In this document: in pieces, positions 36,016 through 47,457 of the stretch | How positions within the stretch are numbered: the stretch's first letter is position 1 | Layout: each line of letters opens with the position of its first letter | DNA from: Nitrospirota bacterium | GTDB taxonomy: Bacteria > Nitrospirota > JACRHJ01 | NCBI GenBank assembly: GCA_963845245.1 | Contig: CAWJRJ010000022.1 | Span: 1 to 64,000 of the forward strand | Length of the DNA: 64,000 bases | Reading direction: 5' to 3' | Notes under the pieces: model-generated | Database searches by the model: none | What the model saw: only the letters and a program-made list of their open reading frames with translations | Told to the model about the DNA's origin: nothing | Program-made: the position numbers and the translations under genes

Positions 36016-37875
36016 ATGATTCAGGATATACGCCTTCACGGCCAGATAAACGACAGGGTGGAGTACTTCGCCACCGTAGCAGGCCGGGATATAGCAAACC
36101 GCTATTTCCACGAGTCCGGCGAGAAGGACGGCAAAAGCTTCGTCCGTTTTTTCTCCTACGGCAACGACCTCAAGATAAACCCTGAAGGCATCTCATATTT
36201 CGCAAACGGCGGAAGCTTCTGCGAATACATGTTCGGCATAGACCTGCCCATCAAAGACCTCATTAAAAAAGACGTCTTGAACCGCCTTGTAATGTACGGC
36301 GGCGTTTACTCCGAAGGCGACCGCCTGTCGTTCACAAACGACATCCAGGGCGGAGAGGACTTCACCAAGGTGTTCATGAACGGCAACGCCGTGAGCAACT
36401 ACTACTTCTTCGTCCATTCCGACTCAAAGCTCGAACACCGGAAGAGACAGGAGACCCTGCTTCGTGCGCTCGGTAAATACCTGAAGCATACGGACAAAGT
36501 CGGCAAGTCCGACGACTCGGCGATCGTGCGGGACATCTTCCTCGCCCTCAAGGAGGACAGGAGCATCGTATTCCTCGTAAGGCTCGTCAACCGCTTCCAC
36601 GAGGACTACCACCGGACCTTCAAGGAGCTTTACTGGAAGAACAGGGCAGTGGACGAAGACGGCATCGCGAAACTTGCAGCGCTCGCAAACCTCTATGAGA
36701 TAGACCGCTACCAGCAGGAGCGCATCAAGATAGACATAATGTACAAGCACCCCGAGAATAAAAGGATAGTGGACGAGTACAAGGCTATCCTGATCGGGTG
36801 CTCGAATAAAAAAGAGATCGACCACCTGGATATGGCCAAGCTGACGCGCCTCAGGACGCTCAGCCTAAGGAACAAGATACCGCTGAACCTCTTCGACACA
36901 CTCGACGAGATGCTCCTGAAGGGCAAGAAGATAAAAGAGGTTAACGAACCCGAGTACATCAAGGAAACCAGGGCCATATTCGAAGGCCTTTTCCTTAAAG
37001 GGCAGACGGCCGGTCATATAAACGGCGAAGACATGACCAAGTTGTTGCGCGCCAAGCAACACGCCATACTGCTGAGGGACAACACATTTGAAGAGATACT
37101 GCTTGAGACCTGCCGCCTCACCGACGAGAAGTCGATAGAGTCAAACGACCTGAGCCTCTTTGAGAGCTTCGGCTACATCATAACCTACTTCGACAGGTTC
37201 GACACCACCCTTGCCACGGTGAGCCAGATATCGTTCATGGAAGGCACCATAGTGACCGAGGAAAAGCTCAGGAGCCTTCTTGGAAACAAACGCGCCTTCG
37301 ATGAGATATCTAAGGGGTTGTTCCACGAGCTTTTCATAAAGAGCGCACTCCAGAACCGTTACATGACCAACTACGGCAGGAGAAAGGCGACCGCCCTGTA
37401 CAATGGCATCATGGATATCGAGGAAGGGAACGCATCCGTAAAGGAAGTCATAGAACGGCTCAATGCGATAATAGCCGAAGAGCGCGACTATGTGACCGTG
37501 CATGCATTCATGAAAGAAAAGCTTAAACACTCGCACAGCGACCTTGCAGACAGGGAGACGCAGGACCTCTTCATTGCCGACGTCTGGAAAGAGATGCTGG
37601 ATGGCGGCCACATACAACACGGCACACCCGAAAAGGTCTTCAGGGACGCGCTCATCAATATCCGCAAGGAGATATTCTACCTGCACCATCTCCTGCCGGT
37701 GATTATCGCCGGTAGCAGCACCAAGACCCGCGAAGACTTCCTGGAGAACTCGGGCCTGGACAGGTTTTATATCGAGGAACTGGAGCGGGATTATTTCGAG
37801 AAAAACAGGATAAGTGGGATGCTGCTTGAACGGCTACGTAAGGACGAGCAGCCGACGGCCTCAGCTGGTCAGTGA
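36016..37875 (+). CDS. Conserved hypothetical protein resembling the TIGR04442 family (Geobacter-type)
   Basis: DIRLHG..DRVEYFA, GGSFCEYMFG, VLNRLVMYG, YQQERIKID, REDFLENSGLDRFYIEELE; family assignment recalled, not searched. Confidence 0.7.
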   Translation: MIQDIRLHGQINDRVEYFATVAGRDIANRYFHESGEKDGKSFVRFFSYGNDLKINPEGISYFANGGSFCEYMFGIDLPIKDLIKKDVLNRLVMYGGVYSEGDRLSFTNDIQGGEDFTKVFMNGNAVSNYYFFVHSDSKLEHRKRQETLLRALGKYLKHTDKVGKSDDSAIVRDIFLALKEDRSIVFLVRLVNRFHEDYHRTFKELYWKNRAVDEDGIAKLAALANLYEIDRYQQERIKIDIMYKHPENKRIVDEYKAILIGCSNKKEIDHLDMAKLTRLRTLSLRNKIPLNLFDTLDEMLLKGKKIKEVNEPEYIKETRAIFEGLFLKGQTAGHINGEDMTKLLRAKQHAILLRDNTFEEILLETCRLTDEKSIESNDLSLFESFGYIITYFDRFDTTLATVSQISFMEGTIVTEEKLRSLLGNKRAFDEISKGLFHELFIKSALQNRYMTNYGRRKATALYNGIMDIEEGNASVKEVIERLNAIIAEERDYVTVHAFMKEKLKHSHSDLADRETQDLFIADVWKEMLDGGHIQHGTPEKVFRDALINIRKEIFYLHHLLPVIIAGSSTKTREDFLENSGLDRFYIEELERDYFEKNRISGMLLERLRKDEQPTASAGQ

Positions 37876-39276
37876 ACCGCCGGAATAGTTCTCCCTGACA
37901 TACCTTATAGCCCCTTCCTTGTCAACAAGTGCACCTTCGGCGCGCTTCTCCTCCACGTCCATCAGGATCACCCCGAAAACCGGCCCAGGAACAAGCCCAA
38001 GTTCTTCGACCAGGTCATCCCCCGTAATCAACGGCTCGGCCTTCATATTCTTAAACTCGCCGTAATAGTACTCGGCAATATCCCTTACCAACCCCTCCAC
38101 GTCCGTCGCGACAGCTCCGGGCCGCTCCCTCGTGGCAAACGCATCAGCCAGCGCGACTATGAGCGAGGCAGGCAGGTCGTCACCGATATCCCTTACGTAG
38201 CGGTAGACTGCATGGCGCGTGACCGGGGACTTGGTAAGGTGTAAGGGTCTGAGGTGCGCCCTCGTAATCTTCCCGAGCGCCATAGACCGCACTGCCTGAT
38301 AGCCTTAGCCTTTTCGCAATGCCGGAATTTATTGCCTCGCCTGCCTGGTCGTGCCTGGTGAACCTTATCCTGTCCGGTTCAACCGTAAACGTATCGGGCT
38401 TGCCGGTGTCATGAAGCAGCGCGCAAAGTTTGACCAGGCCCGACATGCAAAGCAAGCCGTCTACCTGCGCATCAAGATAACCGGATACTTCATCTGCCCG
38501 CCTGTCGAAGTACCGGGAGAGGTCGCCCATCACCTCTTCCGCCCAGTGCATCGCCCTGAAGGAATGCTCAAGAACATCGTGCATGTGAGGCTCGGACTGG
38601 GGCACGACCTTCCATGGCCTTAAGCTCCGGGATGACCTCCTGCAACAGCCCGGATCCATACATCGAGCGGAACGCGGCCGCGGCTCCTCTTTGTGCAAGC
38701 ATGAGGTAAAGCTCGTCCCTGACACGCTCGGCGGATGTGCCCGTTATCATGCACCGGTGCTTGCCGATAAGACCGAGCGTATCTTCCTCTATGGCGAAAC
38801 CTAGCTGGAGCGCTAGCCGGAACGCCCGCAGGAGCCTCAGAGGATCATCTGTAAAGACATTGCCAGTTACTGCCCGCACTGTGCCGGCCTTCAGGTCGTC
38901 CTGCCCCCCCAGCGGGTCAATAATATTTCCAGCTTCCTCCGGCCCGATTCTGGCAGCCATTGCATTTACCGTGAAGTCCCTGAAGCGCCAAGTCCTCCTC
39001 TATCACTCCCCTCAACTGCGAGACGTCTATGTGATAGGGCAGGCCCGCCCTTGCAGCCCTATAAATATTCCGTTCCGCGTCCAGTATGAACGATGTCCCG
39101 CTGAATAGAGATGCCACTCGCCGGGCGAATCCTTCCGCGCCCTGCGATACTGCGATGTCGATGTCCGAGGTGTCTTTATTTAAAAGGATATCGCGCACGG
39201 TACCCCCGACGATATAGGCTTTGACACCGGGGGTCAAGAGGGAGGCTATTTCGGCAATGGTTTTGTTCAGGTACAT
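37861..39276 (-). CDS. CCA-adding/poly(A) polymerase-family nucleotidyltransferase with HD domain; several apparent indels
   Basis: YIVGGTVRD, DIDIAV, DFTVNAMA, DPLGG, DDPLRLLRAFR, HMHDVLEHS, LLHDTGK, ITGDDL..GPVFG. Confidence 0.88.
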
Positions 39277-39294
39277 GGTTTAATTATAACCCAT

Positions 39295-39327
39295 AAAAAA
39301 AACCGGCCCCACTTTCATGGGGCCGGT
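39295..39327 (-). terminator. Rho-independent terminator downstream of the porin gene
   Basis: ACCGGCCCCA-TGAAAG-TGGGGCCGGT followed by a long T-run on the minus strand. Confidence 0.88.
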
Positions 39328-39352
39328 CAGGTAAAACTAAATTAAGCTTTAA

Positions 39353-40911
39353 TTAGAACTTGACGGTCAGCTTCGTCTCGAGGCCGTATGCAATGTTCCT
39401 CTTGAAGCTCGGGTGTCGTCGTTACCATCGAGAACGGCCTTCGGATCGACGATCGTGCCGTCACGCTCGCGTTGAGGCATCGATCTGGCCGTTGTACGCA
39501 TACCATGCGCCCGGGACGAATACGCCACCGTTGACATCGAGGTTCAGGTTGTCATAGATCTTGTAGCCTGCGTGTGCATCGACTTCCCAGCCGAGGTCGC
39601 GGGACTGGCCCTCGACGGCATCGGCGCAGAGGCCCTGAGGTACAGGACGGCCATGTCCACGCCCAGCTTGTCGGTCGGGTTGACGCCGGCAGTCAGCTTG
39701 ATGTAGCCGGTGTTGGCAAGGCCGAAACCGCCTGTGCCGTCGCCGAAGCCGAAGCCGCCGCCGGTGCCCATCGGGCCCTGGCCGATCTTGTCGTTGTAAA
39801 GGAATGCATAGTTGTAGGAGGTCTCACCGTACGGGCTGAGGTAGGTCCTGGAACCAGGTGTCTTGTTCGGGCTGGTGCCGGTGCCGTAGGCGACTTCCAT
39901 GCCGACGTTGACCATGGCGACCTTCGCGCCGACGCCGACCATCGCAGCGTGGGAGATGTTGACGCCGACGGTGCTGACCTTACGATGCGGCGTTTATGTT
40001 CTGGTAGTCGTACTCGGCCTTGTAGGTGATGGGCCCGATGACGCCGTCAGCCGTGACGCCGATGTTGTGGAGGTGCATCGCTCCGGTCTGTGAAGGGGTC
40101 GAGGAAGCCGGAACTGAAATCAAGGTACCAAATGTCAGAGAAGCAGGATTCTGGTCAATTATATAGTGCGCAGCTGTAAAAGTCCCGGCTACGTTCTGTG
40201 TGGCCGCGTCATGCACGAAGAGGTAGTTGATGCCGACGGTGTTGCCCGGCATGAAGGTGTAGTTGGCAAGTGCAGCCCACACGTCAGCGTCATGGTGCTC
40301 GTTGCCGTTGAGGTTGCGTGGATAATGAGGGATCCTCGGCAACGGGATCAATGCTGAACTTGCCGCTCGGTGCAGAGCTTGAACCCTCTACGACCTTGGC
40401 GTAGACGCCGGCGACGAGCAGGTCGGGGATGGGCTTGGAGTAGACGAGTATTGCGTCCGTGCCGTCCCTGTGGGTGTCAAGGGAGATGCCGTGGCCAAGC
40501 GCCAACGGCTGATGGCCTATCTTCACGCCGACCGGAAGACCGGGGACCATGAAGTTGATCCAGGCCTGCCTGACGCGAAGGCTCTCGCCCTGGTAGTTGA
40601 CGGCGGAGAAAACGGCGCCGTCGGTCTGGTTCACGCCCCAGACGCGCTCGCTGTTAACGCTGTCCATCTCGACGAATGCCTCGAGGCCTTCGGTTATCTT
40701 GGCATCGACGTTGAGAAGGATGCGGTCCGCGAAGAAGGTCTGGGTGTTCGTGCGGCATTGTGTTCTCGTTGAAGTTCTTGTTGAGGTCGAGGTTATTCCA
40801 GAGGTCATAACGGATTTCCATGTTGCCGCCCACGGTGATCTCAGCTGCCGCTATGGAAGCGGTGGCAAAGACCATGAGGCCGACAAGTACTGCCAGCATT
40901 AATTTCTTCAT
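39353..40911 (-). CDS. Putative outer-membrane beta-barrel porin (multiple apparent indels)
   Basis: Signal peptide MKKLMLAVLVGLMVFATASIAAA, alternating beta-strand segments (LRVRQAWINF, VKIGHQ, YKAEYDYQ), C-terminal YGLETKLTVKF* BAM-type Phe signature. Confidence 0.75.
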
Positions 40912-41148
40912 CTTTATTCTCCTCCTTGAGTGTTTCCCGTTGCTTTGCATGATGTATCTAAACTGCTGTAATAGTGCCTGCAATGATAGACTTACGTGAA
41001 TCGTTTAGAATCCATCCCCCCTTTCCGTGAAACAAGAATATTGATTATAAGCTGGACGTCACCTCCTTGGCTTTGATCGATATTTCATCGAGCCGGTTAA
41101 GCCAAATTAATCAAAACTTAACATAAATTTAATATAAAGTTCCGGTAA

Positions 41149-41175
41149 ATTATCATCCTGAAACATTTTTGTCAA
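41149..41175 (-). promoter_or_regulatory. Candidate sigma70 promoter of the porin
   Basis: TTGACA followed by AAAATGTTTCAGGAT-GATAAT (or TG-A-TAATTT at 17-nt spacing). Confidence 0.5.
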
Positions 41176-41207
41176 GTTTTTTTTGCCTTTTTCTTACTCT
41201 TTACATA

Positions 41208-41223
41208 TGCAATTATCATGCCC
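41208..41223 (-). promoter_or_regulatory. Candidate sigma54 (-24/-12) promoter of the porin
   Basis: GGGCATGATAATTGCA = GG-N10-GC with TTGCA, matching the TGGCACG-N4-TTGCW spacing. Confidence 0.5.
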
Positions 41224-41385
41224 TGAAACATGGAAAATTGGGCATACCGGTATGAGGATGAAACCGCTTGCAAACATGGCATTTTTTGCATGTACGCATA
41301 TGTTTGGCCGGCAATGGGAGTGAGGACTGTGTCAGTGCTGACACAGACAGCATTTGATTGATGTGTCTTATTCGACACAGATTGG

Positions 41386-42342
41386 CTATTCCTTCGGCTT
41401 TGCGCCAGGCCTTATCTTGCGGAAATCGACCCATGTGTCGAAGAAACCCACGGCCCACATGAACAATATCAGGAATGGCTGCAGCAGGACCAGCACAAGC
41501 GTAAGCGTCCTCAGGAAGCCGGTCAGCCTTATCCTGTCAAACAGGTGCGTCAACACTGCGAAGCCCTGGAACAGGTAGATTATGGAGACACAGGCAAGCA
41601 CGTTGCCCGCGGCAAGCCTCAACGGCTGGTAATCCGGTATCATCAGGAAGCCTGGTACTATTATACCCCACACCGCATGGTCCGGCGCATACCATGTCGT
41701 TATCACGGTCTTGACGCCGCCAGGAAGCCCTTTACTCAGCAGGTACACCCGCAGTACAGCCAGGCTCATGCTGGCGGCACCCGCCATCATCCAGACCACA
41801 AGCGAAGGAAAGTAGTCCTTTACGACCGTGGCGACAAGTTGAAGACTCGGCTTCAGCGTATCGATGTCCGCCTGGGACATCCCTATCTGCTGGTATATCC
41901 TTATCGACTCCTGCAGGCTTAAGTTAAGCCATTTATCGAGGAACGCCCACGGGTTGATCCCGGCAAACGCCAGGTACGCCCCCGCAACCGGTGCGGCCAA
42001 TACCAGAGGGAACAGGGTCGCCTTTAAAATGGCCTTGTCGCCCGGCTCACCCGCGACAACAGAATTGCCGAGAACGATACCTGTCAGGCAGAACAGTGAC
42101 ACAAGGAAAGCCATGACATATGAACCGGTCATAGCGACCGCAAACCCGGCACAGAAAAAACTGACTAGGGCAGAATTCGAAATTCCGTGCCTGACCCTCG
42201 CATAGGCTACTGCGGCCGGAAGGAACGAGACCGCAATCGTCCCGGCAAACGGCAGGAAGATAAAAGACGCGGTCATGGCGAGCGCAGCCGCAGCCGGGGC
42301 CACCTTTGAAAAAATATTCTCTGTAAAGTTTTGATTGCTCAT
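41386..42342 (-). CDS. DUF2232/YybS-family membrane protein
   Basis: Multi-TM protein ending YLFQGFAV...GFFDTWVDFRK; directly after rpsR. Confidence 0.85.
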   Translation of the reverse strand: MSNQNFTENIFSKVAPAAAALAMTASFIFLPFAGTIAVSFLPAAVAYARVRHGISNSALVSFFCAGFAVAMTGSYVMAFLVSLFCLTGIVLGNSVVAGEPGDKAILKATLFPLVLAAPVAGAYLAFAGINPWAFLDKWLNLSLQESIRIYQQIGMSQADIDTLKPSLQLVATVVKDYFPSLVVWMMAGAASMSLAVLRVYLLSKGLPGGVKTVITTWYAPDHAVWGIIVPGFLMIPDYQPLRLAAGNVLACVSIIYLFQGFAVLTHLFDRIRLTGFLRTLTLVLVLLQPFLILFMWAVGFFDTWVDFRKIRPGAKPKE

Positions 42343-42385
42343 AAGAAGGAAAGGGCCGCCTCGTTTTGAAGCGGCCCTTCGTAAG

Positions 42386-42628
42386 TTAGAACCTCTCGCC
42401 CACGAAGGGCAGGAGAGCGATGTTCCTGGAACGCTTTACAGCGTTGGTAAGTTCGCGCTGATGTTTTGCGCAGTTTCCGGATATCCTGCGCGGGACTATC
42501 TTGCCGCGGTCGGTCACATAACCTTTGAGCAGCCTGATATCCTTGTAGTCTATGACCGGTATCTTGTCCGCGCAGAAGCGGCAAACCTTCTTGCGCTGGA
42601 AACGTGTCCTCTTTTTCTCTACCTGCAT
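42386..42628 (-). CDS. rpsR: 30S ribosomal protein S18 (Zn-binding C+ form)
   Basis: [34 protein letters not shown]. Confidence 0.98.
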   Translation of the reverse strand: MQVEKKRTRFQRKKVCRFCADKIPVIDYKDIRLLKGYVTDRGKIVPRRISGNCAKHQRELTNAVKRSRNIALLPFVGERF

Positions 42629-42681
42629 TTATCCTCTCCAATTTGTCACCCAGGTAACAATGGGCCAGCAGCTTAAAGTCC

Positions 42682-42708
42682 CTGGATTCCAGCTTTCGCG
42701 GGAATGAC
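42682..42708. repeat. REP-like element CTGGATTCCAGCTTTCGCGGGAATGAC
   Basis: ATTCC-N-GGAAT palindrome of the GTCATTCCCGCG...GGAATCCAG (RS3-like) repeat class, between ssb and rpsR. Confidence 0.8.
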
Positions 42709-42723
42709 AATCGTTTGTGGTTG

Positions 42724-43107
42724 TTAAAAGGGGATGTCCCCTTCGTCCATAATATCTTCAGCCTCGGGCTCGGAGCCGGCCTGCTTCTTGGGCATAAACT
42801 GGATGTTGCTCGCGACGATCTCCACCTTGCTTCGCTTCTGACCGTCCTGTTCCCAGCGCCTCTGCTGCAATCTGCCTTCGACCAGCACTCCGCTCCCCTT
42901 GCTCAGGTAGCTGGAGCAGGTCTCGGCCTGCTTGTCCCATACGACGACGTCGAAATAGCTGACCGCGTCCTTCGGGTCCTCGCCTGGCCTGGGCCTCTTG
43001 TTCACAGCAATCGACAGAGATGCGACAGCCTTGCCGCTCGGGTTGTACCTGAGCTCGGGGTCCTTCGTGAGGTTGCCCAACAATATCACTTTATTGAAGC
43101 TGACCAT
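42724..43107 (-). CDS. ssb: Single-stranded DNA-binding protein
   Basis: FNKVILLGNLTKDPELRY, VEGRLQ, acidic DIPF tail. Confidence 0.98.
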   Translation of the reverse strand: MVSFNKVILLGNLTKDPELRYNPSGKAVASLSIAVNKRPRPGEDPKDAVSYFDVVVWDKQAETCSSYLSKGSGVLVEGRLQQRRWEQDGQKRSKVEIVASNIQFMPKKQAGSEPEAEDIMDEGDIPF

Positions 43108-43150
43108 AACGCTCCTTAACTAACCTTCGGACTCTTCGACCGCTGGGGCT

Positions 43151-43534
43151 TCAACCGACAGGGGCTTCGGTTGCTTCAGCAGCCTTCTCTTCGGCAGCCG
43201 CTGTTGCGGCGGCCTCAAGCCTCGCCTGGTGCTCAAGCATGTCTTTTTCAAGGCGGATGGTCATGTACTTTATGACCGCGTCCGTCATCTTGAAGTTGCG
43301 CTCAAGCTCCGCGACCGTGGCCGCGCCGCCTGTGAACTGGAAGAGGACGTACTCGCCCTTCTTCTGCTTCCGCACCGTGTAGGCGAGCTTGCGCTTGCCC
43401 CACTTCTCCACCTTGGTGACTTCGCCGCCGTTGCCCGCGACAACCTCTTGCATCCTGAGGTTTATCTTCTCGGACTCGGCCTCGTCGATGGACGGGTTCA
43501 GAATAAAAATGCTCTCGTAGTGCTTTATCATCAT
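43151..43534 (-). CDS. rpsF: 30S ribosomal protein S6
   Basis: YESIFILNP, WGKRKLAY, ELER. Confidence 0.97.
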   Translation of the reverse strand: MMIKHYESIFILNPSIDEAESEKINLRMQEVVAGNGGEVTKVEKWGKRKLAYTVRKQKKGEYVLFQFTGGAATVAELERNFKMTDAVIKYMTIRLEKDMLEHQARLEAAATAAAEEKAAEATEAPVG

Positions 43535-43588
43535 TTCACCTCCTTCTGGATTTTTAGCCCCCTCTTTGTATAGGGAGCAAGGAGTTCG
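43535..43588 (-). promoter_or_regulatory. S6:S18 leader RNA (rpsF leader)
   Basis: CTCCTTGCTCCC...GGGGGCT...CCA-GAAGGAGG: anti-SD stem, inner hairpin and CCR loop typical of this leader. Confidence 0.7.
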
Positions 43589-43670
43589 ACCTTTAAATCG
43601 GCCCTCAATGGACCGAAGCTGTTATAAATACCATTATTCTGCGGAAAAATCAAGTAAAACCTGGAACTTC

Positions 43671-43767
43671 CTACTTTTCTTTCAGATGAAAGAAGAGTAG
43701 ACAAAAGAAAGCCATTACTAAGCAGCTTTTCTTTTGGTTACTTTCTTTTCCCGAAAAGAAAAGTAAC
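43671..43767. repeat. Inverted pair of TACTTTTCTTT...AAAGAAAAGTA REP-like palindromes
   Basis: Two hairpin units (43671-43712 and 43725-43767) in opposite orientation just after the ychF stop. Confidence 0.78.
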
Positions 43768-43770
43768 GGT

Positions 43771-44867
43771 TTACACGTTGAACCGGAACAACATGCAGTC
43801 ACCGTCCTTGACGACGTACTCCTTGCCCTCGGACCGAAGCACGCCCTTCTCCTTGGCGGCATTCCATGAGCCGAGCGTCACGAGGTCGTCGTATGCGACC
43901 ACCTCTGCCCGGATGAAACCGCGCTCGAAGTCGGAGTGTATCTTGCCCGCCGCCTGCGGGGCCTTCATCCCGGCGGTTATCGTCCAGGCCTTCACCTCGT
44001 CCTCGCCGGTGGTGAAGAAGGTTATAAGGCCGAGCAGTTCGTAGCCCGTCCTGATCAGCTTGTCGAGGCCCGGACTCGGTGAGCCCTACGGCCTCAAGGA
44101 AATCCGGCCTCTCCTCGGGCGGAAGGGCGGCAATCTCTGCCTCGGTCTTGCCGCATATCACCACCACCTTCGCGCCCTCGGCATCGGCTATCATCGCGGA
44201 CCTGCTGCACCATCTCGGTGTCCTTGTTTAAGTCTTCCTCGGAGACGTTGGCGACGTAGAGCACCGGCTTTGATGTGAGCAGGAAGAAGCCCTTCAGCAT
44301 CGCGCGCTCTTCGTCGGTATAGGGGGCCTTCCTGATGGGTTCGCCCTTCTCAAGCATCGCCTTCAACCGTTCAAGCAGTTCGGACTCGGCCTTTGCGATT
44401 TTGTCGCCGCCCCTGGCCTCCTTCTGCTTTTTGAATAGCCGCTTGTCTACGGTGTCGAGGTCCGCAAGCATCAGCTCCGCCTCTATGACCTCGATGTCGC
44501 GCTTCGGGCCGATCTCGCCGTCGACGTGTATGACGTCCGGGTCGGCGAAGCAGCGCACGACGTGGATGATGGCGTCCACCTCGCGGATGTTGCCCAGGAA
44601 CTTGTTGCCAAGGCCCTCGCCCTGGCTTGCGCCCTTTACCAGCCCGGCTATGTCCACGACCTCCATGGTGGTGGGCGTGAGCTTCTTCGGGTGGTACATC
44701 TCATTAAGCACTATCAGGCGCTTGTCCGGCACCTCCACGATGCCGACGTTCGGGTCTATCGTGGTGAAGGGGTAGTTGGACGCCTGCGCGCCCGCCGATG
44801 AGAGCGCATTGAATATCGTCGATTTCCCCACGTTGGGGAGGCCTACTATACCGCAGTTGAAACCCAT
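43771..44867 (-). CDS. ychF: Redox-regulated ATPase YchF (Obg family); two apparent indels
   Basis: [52 protein letters not shown]. Confidence 0.97.
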
Positions 44868-44882
44868 GATTTCCTTTTCCTA

Positions 44883-44970
44883 TGTAGGGGCCGACCCGCG
44901 TGTCGGCCCTTCATGATTCTTCCAACCGTCCGTGATATTAAAAGGGCCGACACACGGGTCGGCCCCTACA
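44883..44970. repeat. GTAG-family REP pair (REPIN/BIME-like)
   Basis: TGTAGGGGCCGACCCGCGTGTCGGCCCT (44883-44910) and its near-perfect inverse AGGGCCGACACACGGGTCGGCCCCTACA (44943-44970). Confidence 0.92.
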
Positions 44971-44979
44971 ATTTGTTGA

Positions 44980-45007
44980 ATTATATACTTTTGAACCGTT
45001 TTGTCAA
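44980..45007 (-). promoter_or_regulatory. Sigma70 promoter of ychF
   Basis: TTGACA-16 nt-TATAAT. Confidence 0.75.
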
Positions 45008-45030
45008 TCCAATAAGTCCGGCGCTTTTTT

Positions 45031-45067
45031 AAACAGAACAGCCCCGCCCGTTACCGGGCGGGGCTGT
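45031..45067 (-). terminator. Terminator-like hairpin after hppA
   Basis: ACAGCCCCGCCCG-GTAA-CGGGCGGGGCTGT followed by TCTGTTT on the minus strand. Confidence 0.75.
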
Positions 45068-45097
45068 CATTGTACAGCAATACTGCCGTCAGCGCAA

Positions 45098-47206
<2,109 letters not shown>

Positions 47207-47457
47207 TAAATTAATCCTCCCTTTCCAAAAGTTAAGAAAAAAACCATTACTCCTCAGGTGAAACAAAAGGAACAGCCCTTAAATCCCCCCTTCCCTATAA
47301 AAACCAATCTATAAAATACAACTTGCCCTATTAAAACGTTGTTCTAAACGAGACGAGATTTTATCCGTTTTGCGGGTGGAATACCAATTAAAAAAATTAA
47401 TAAACCGATAAGACAACCTGTTGTATCATGAAACAACCACTTGAAAACTAAGAGATT

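Noticed and set aside
41276..41290. TGGCATTTTTTGCA as a plus-strand sigma54 promoter
   Set aside because: GG-to-GC spacing is 2 nt too short and there is no plus-strand gene downstream.
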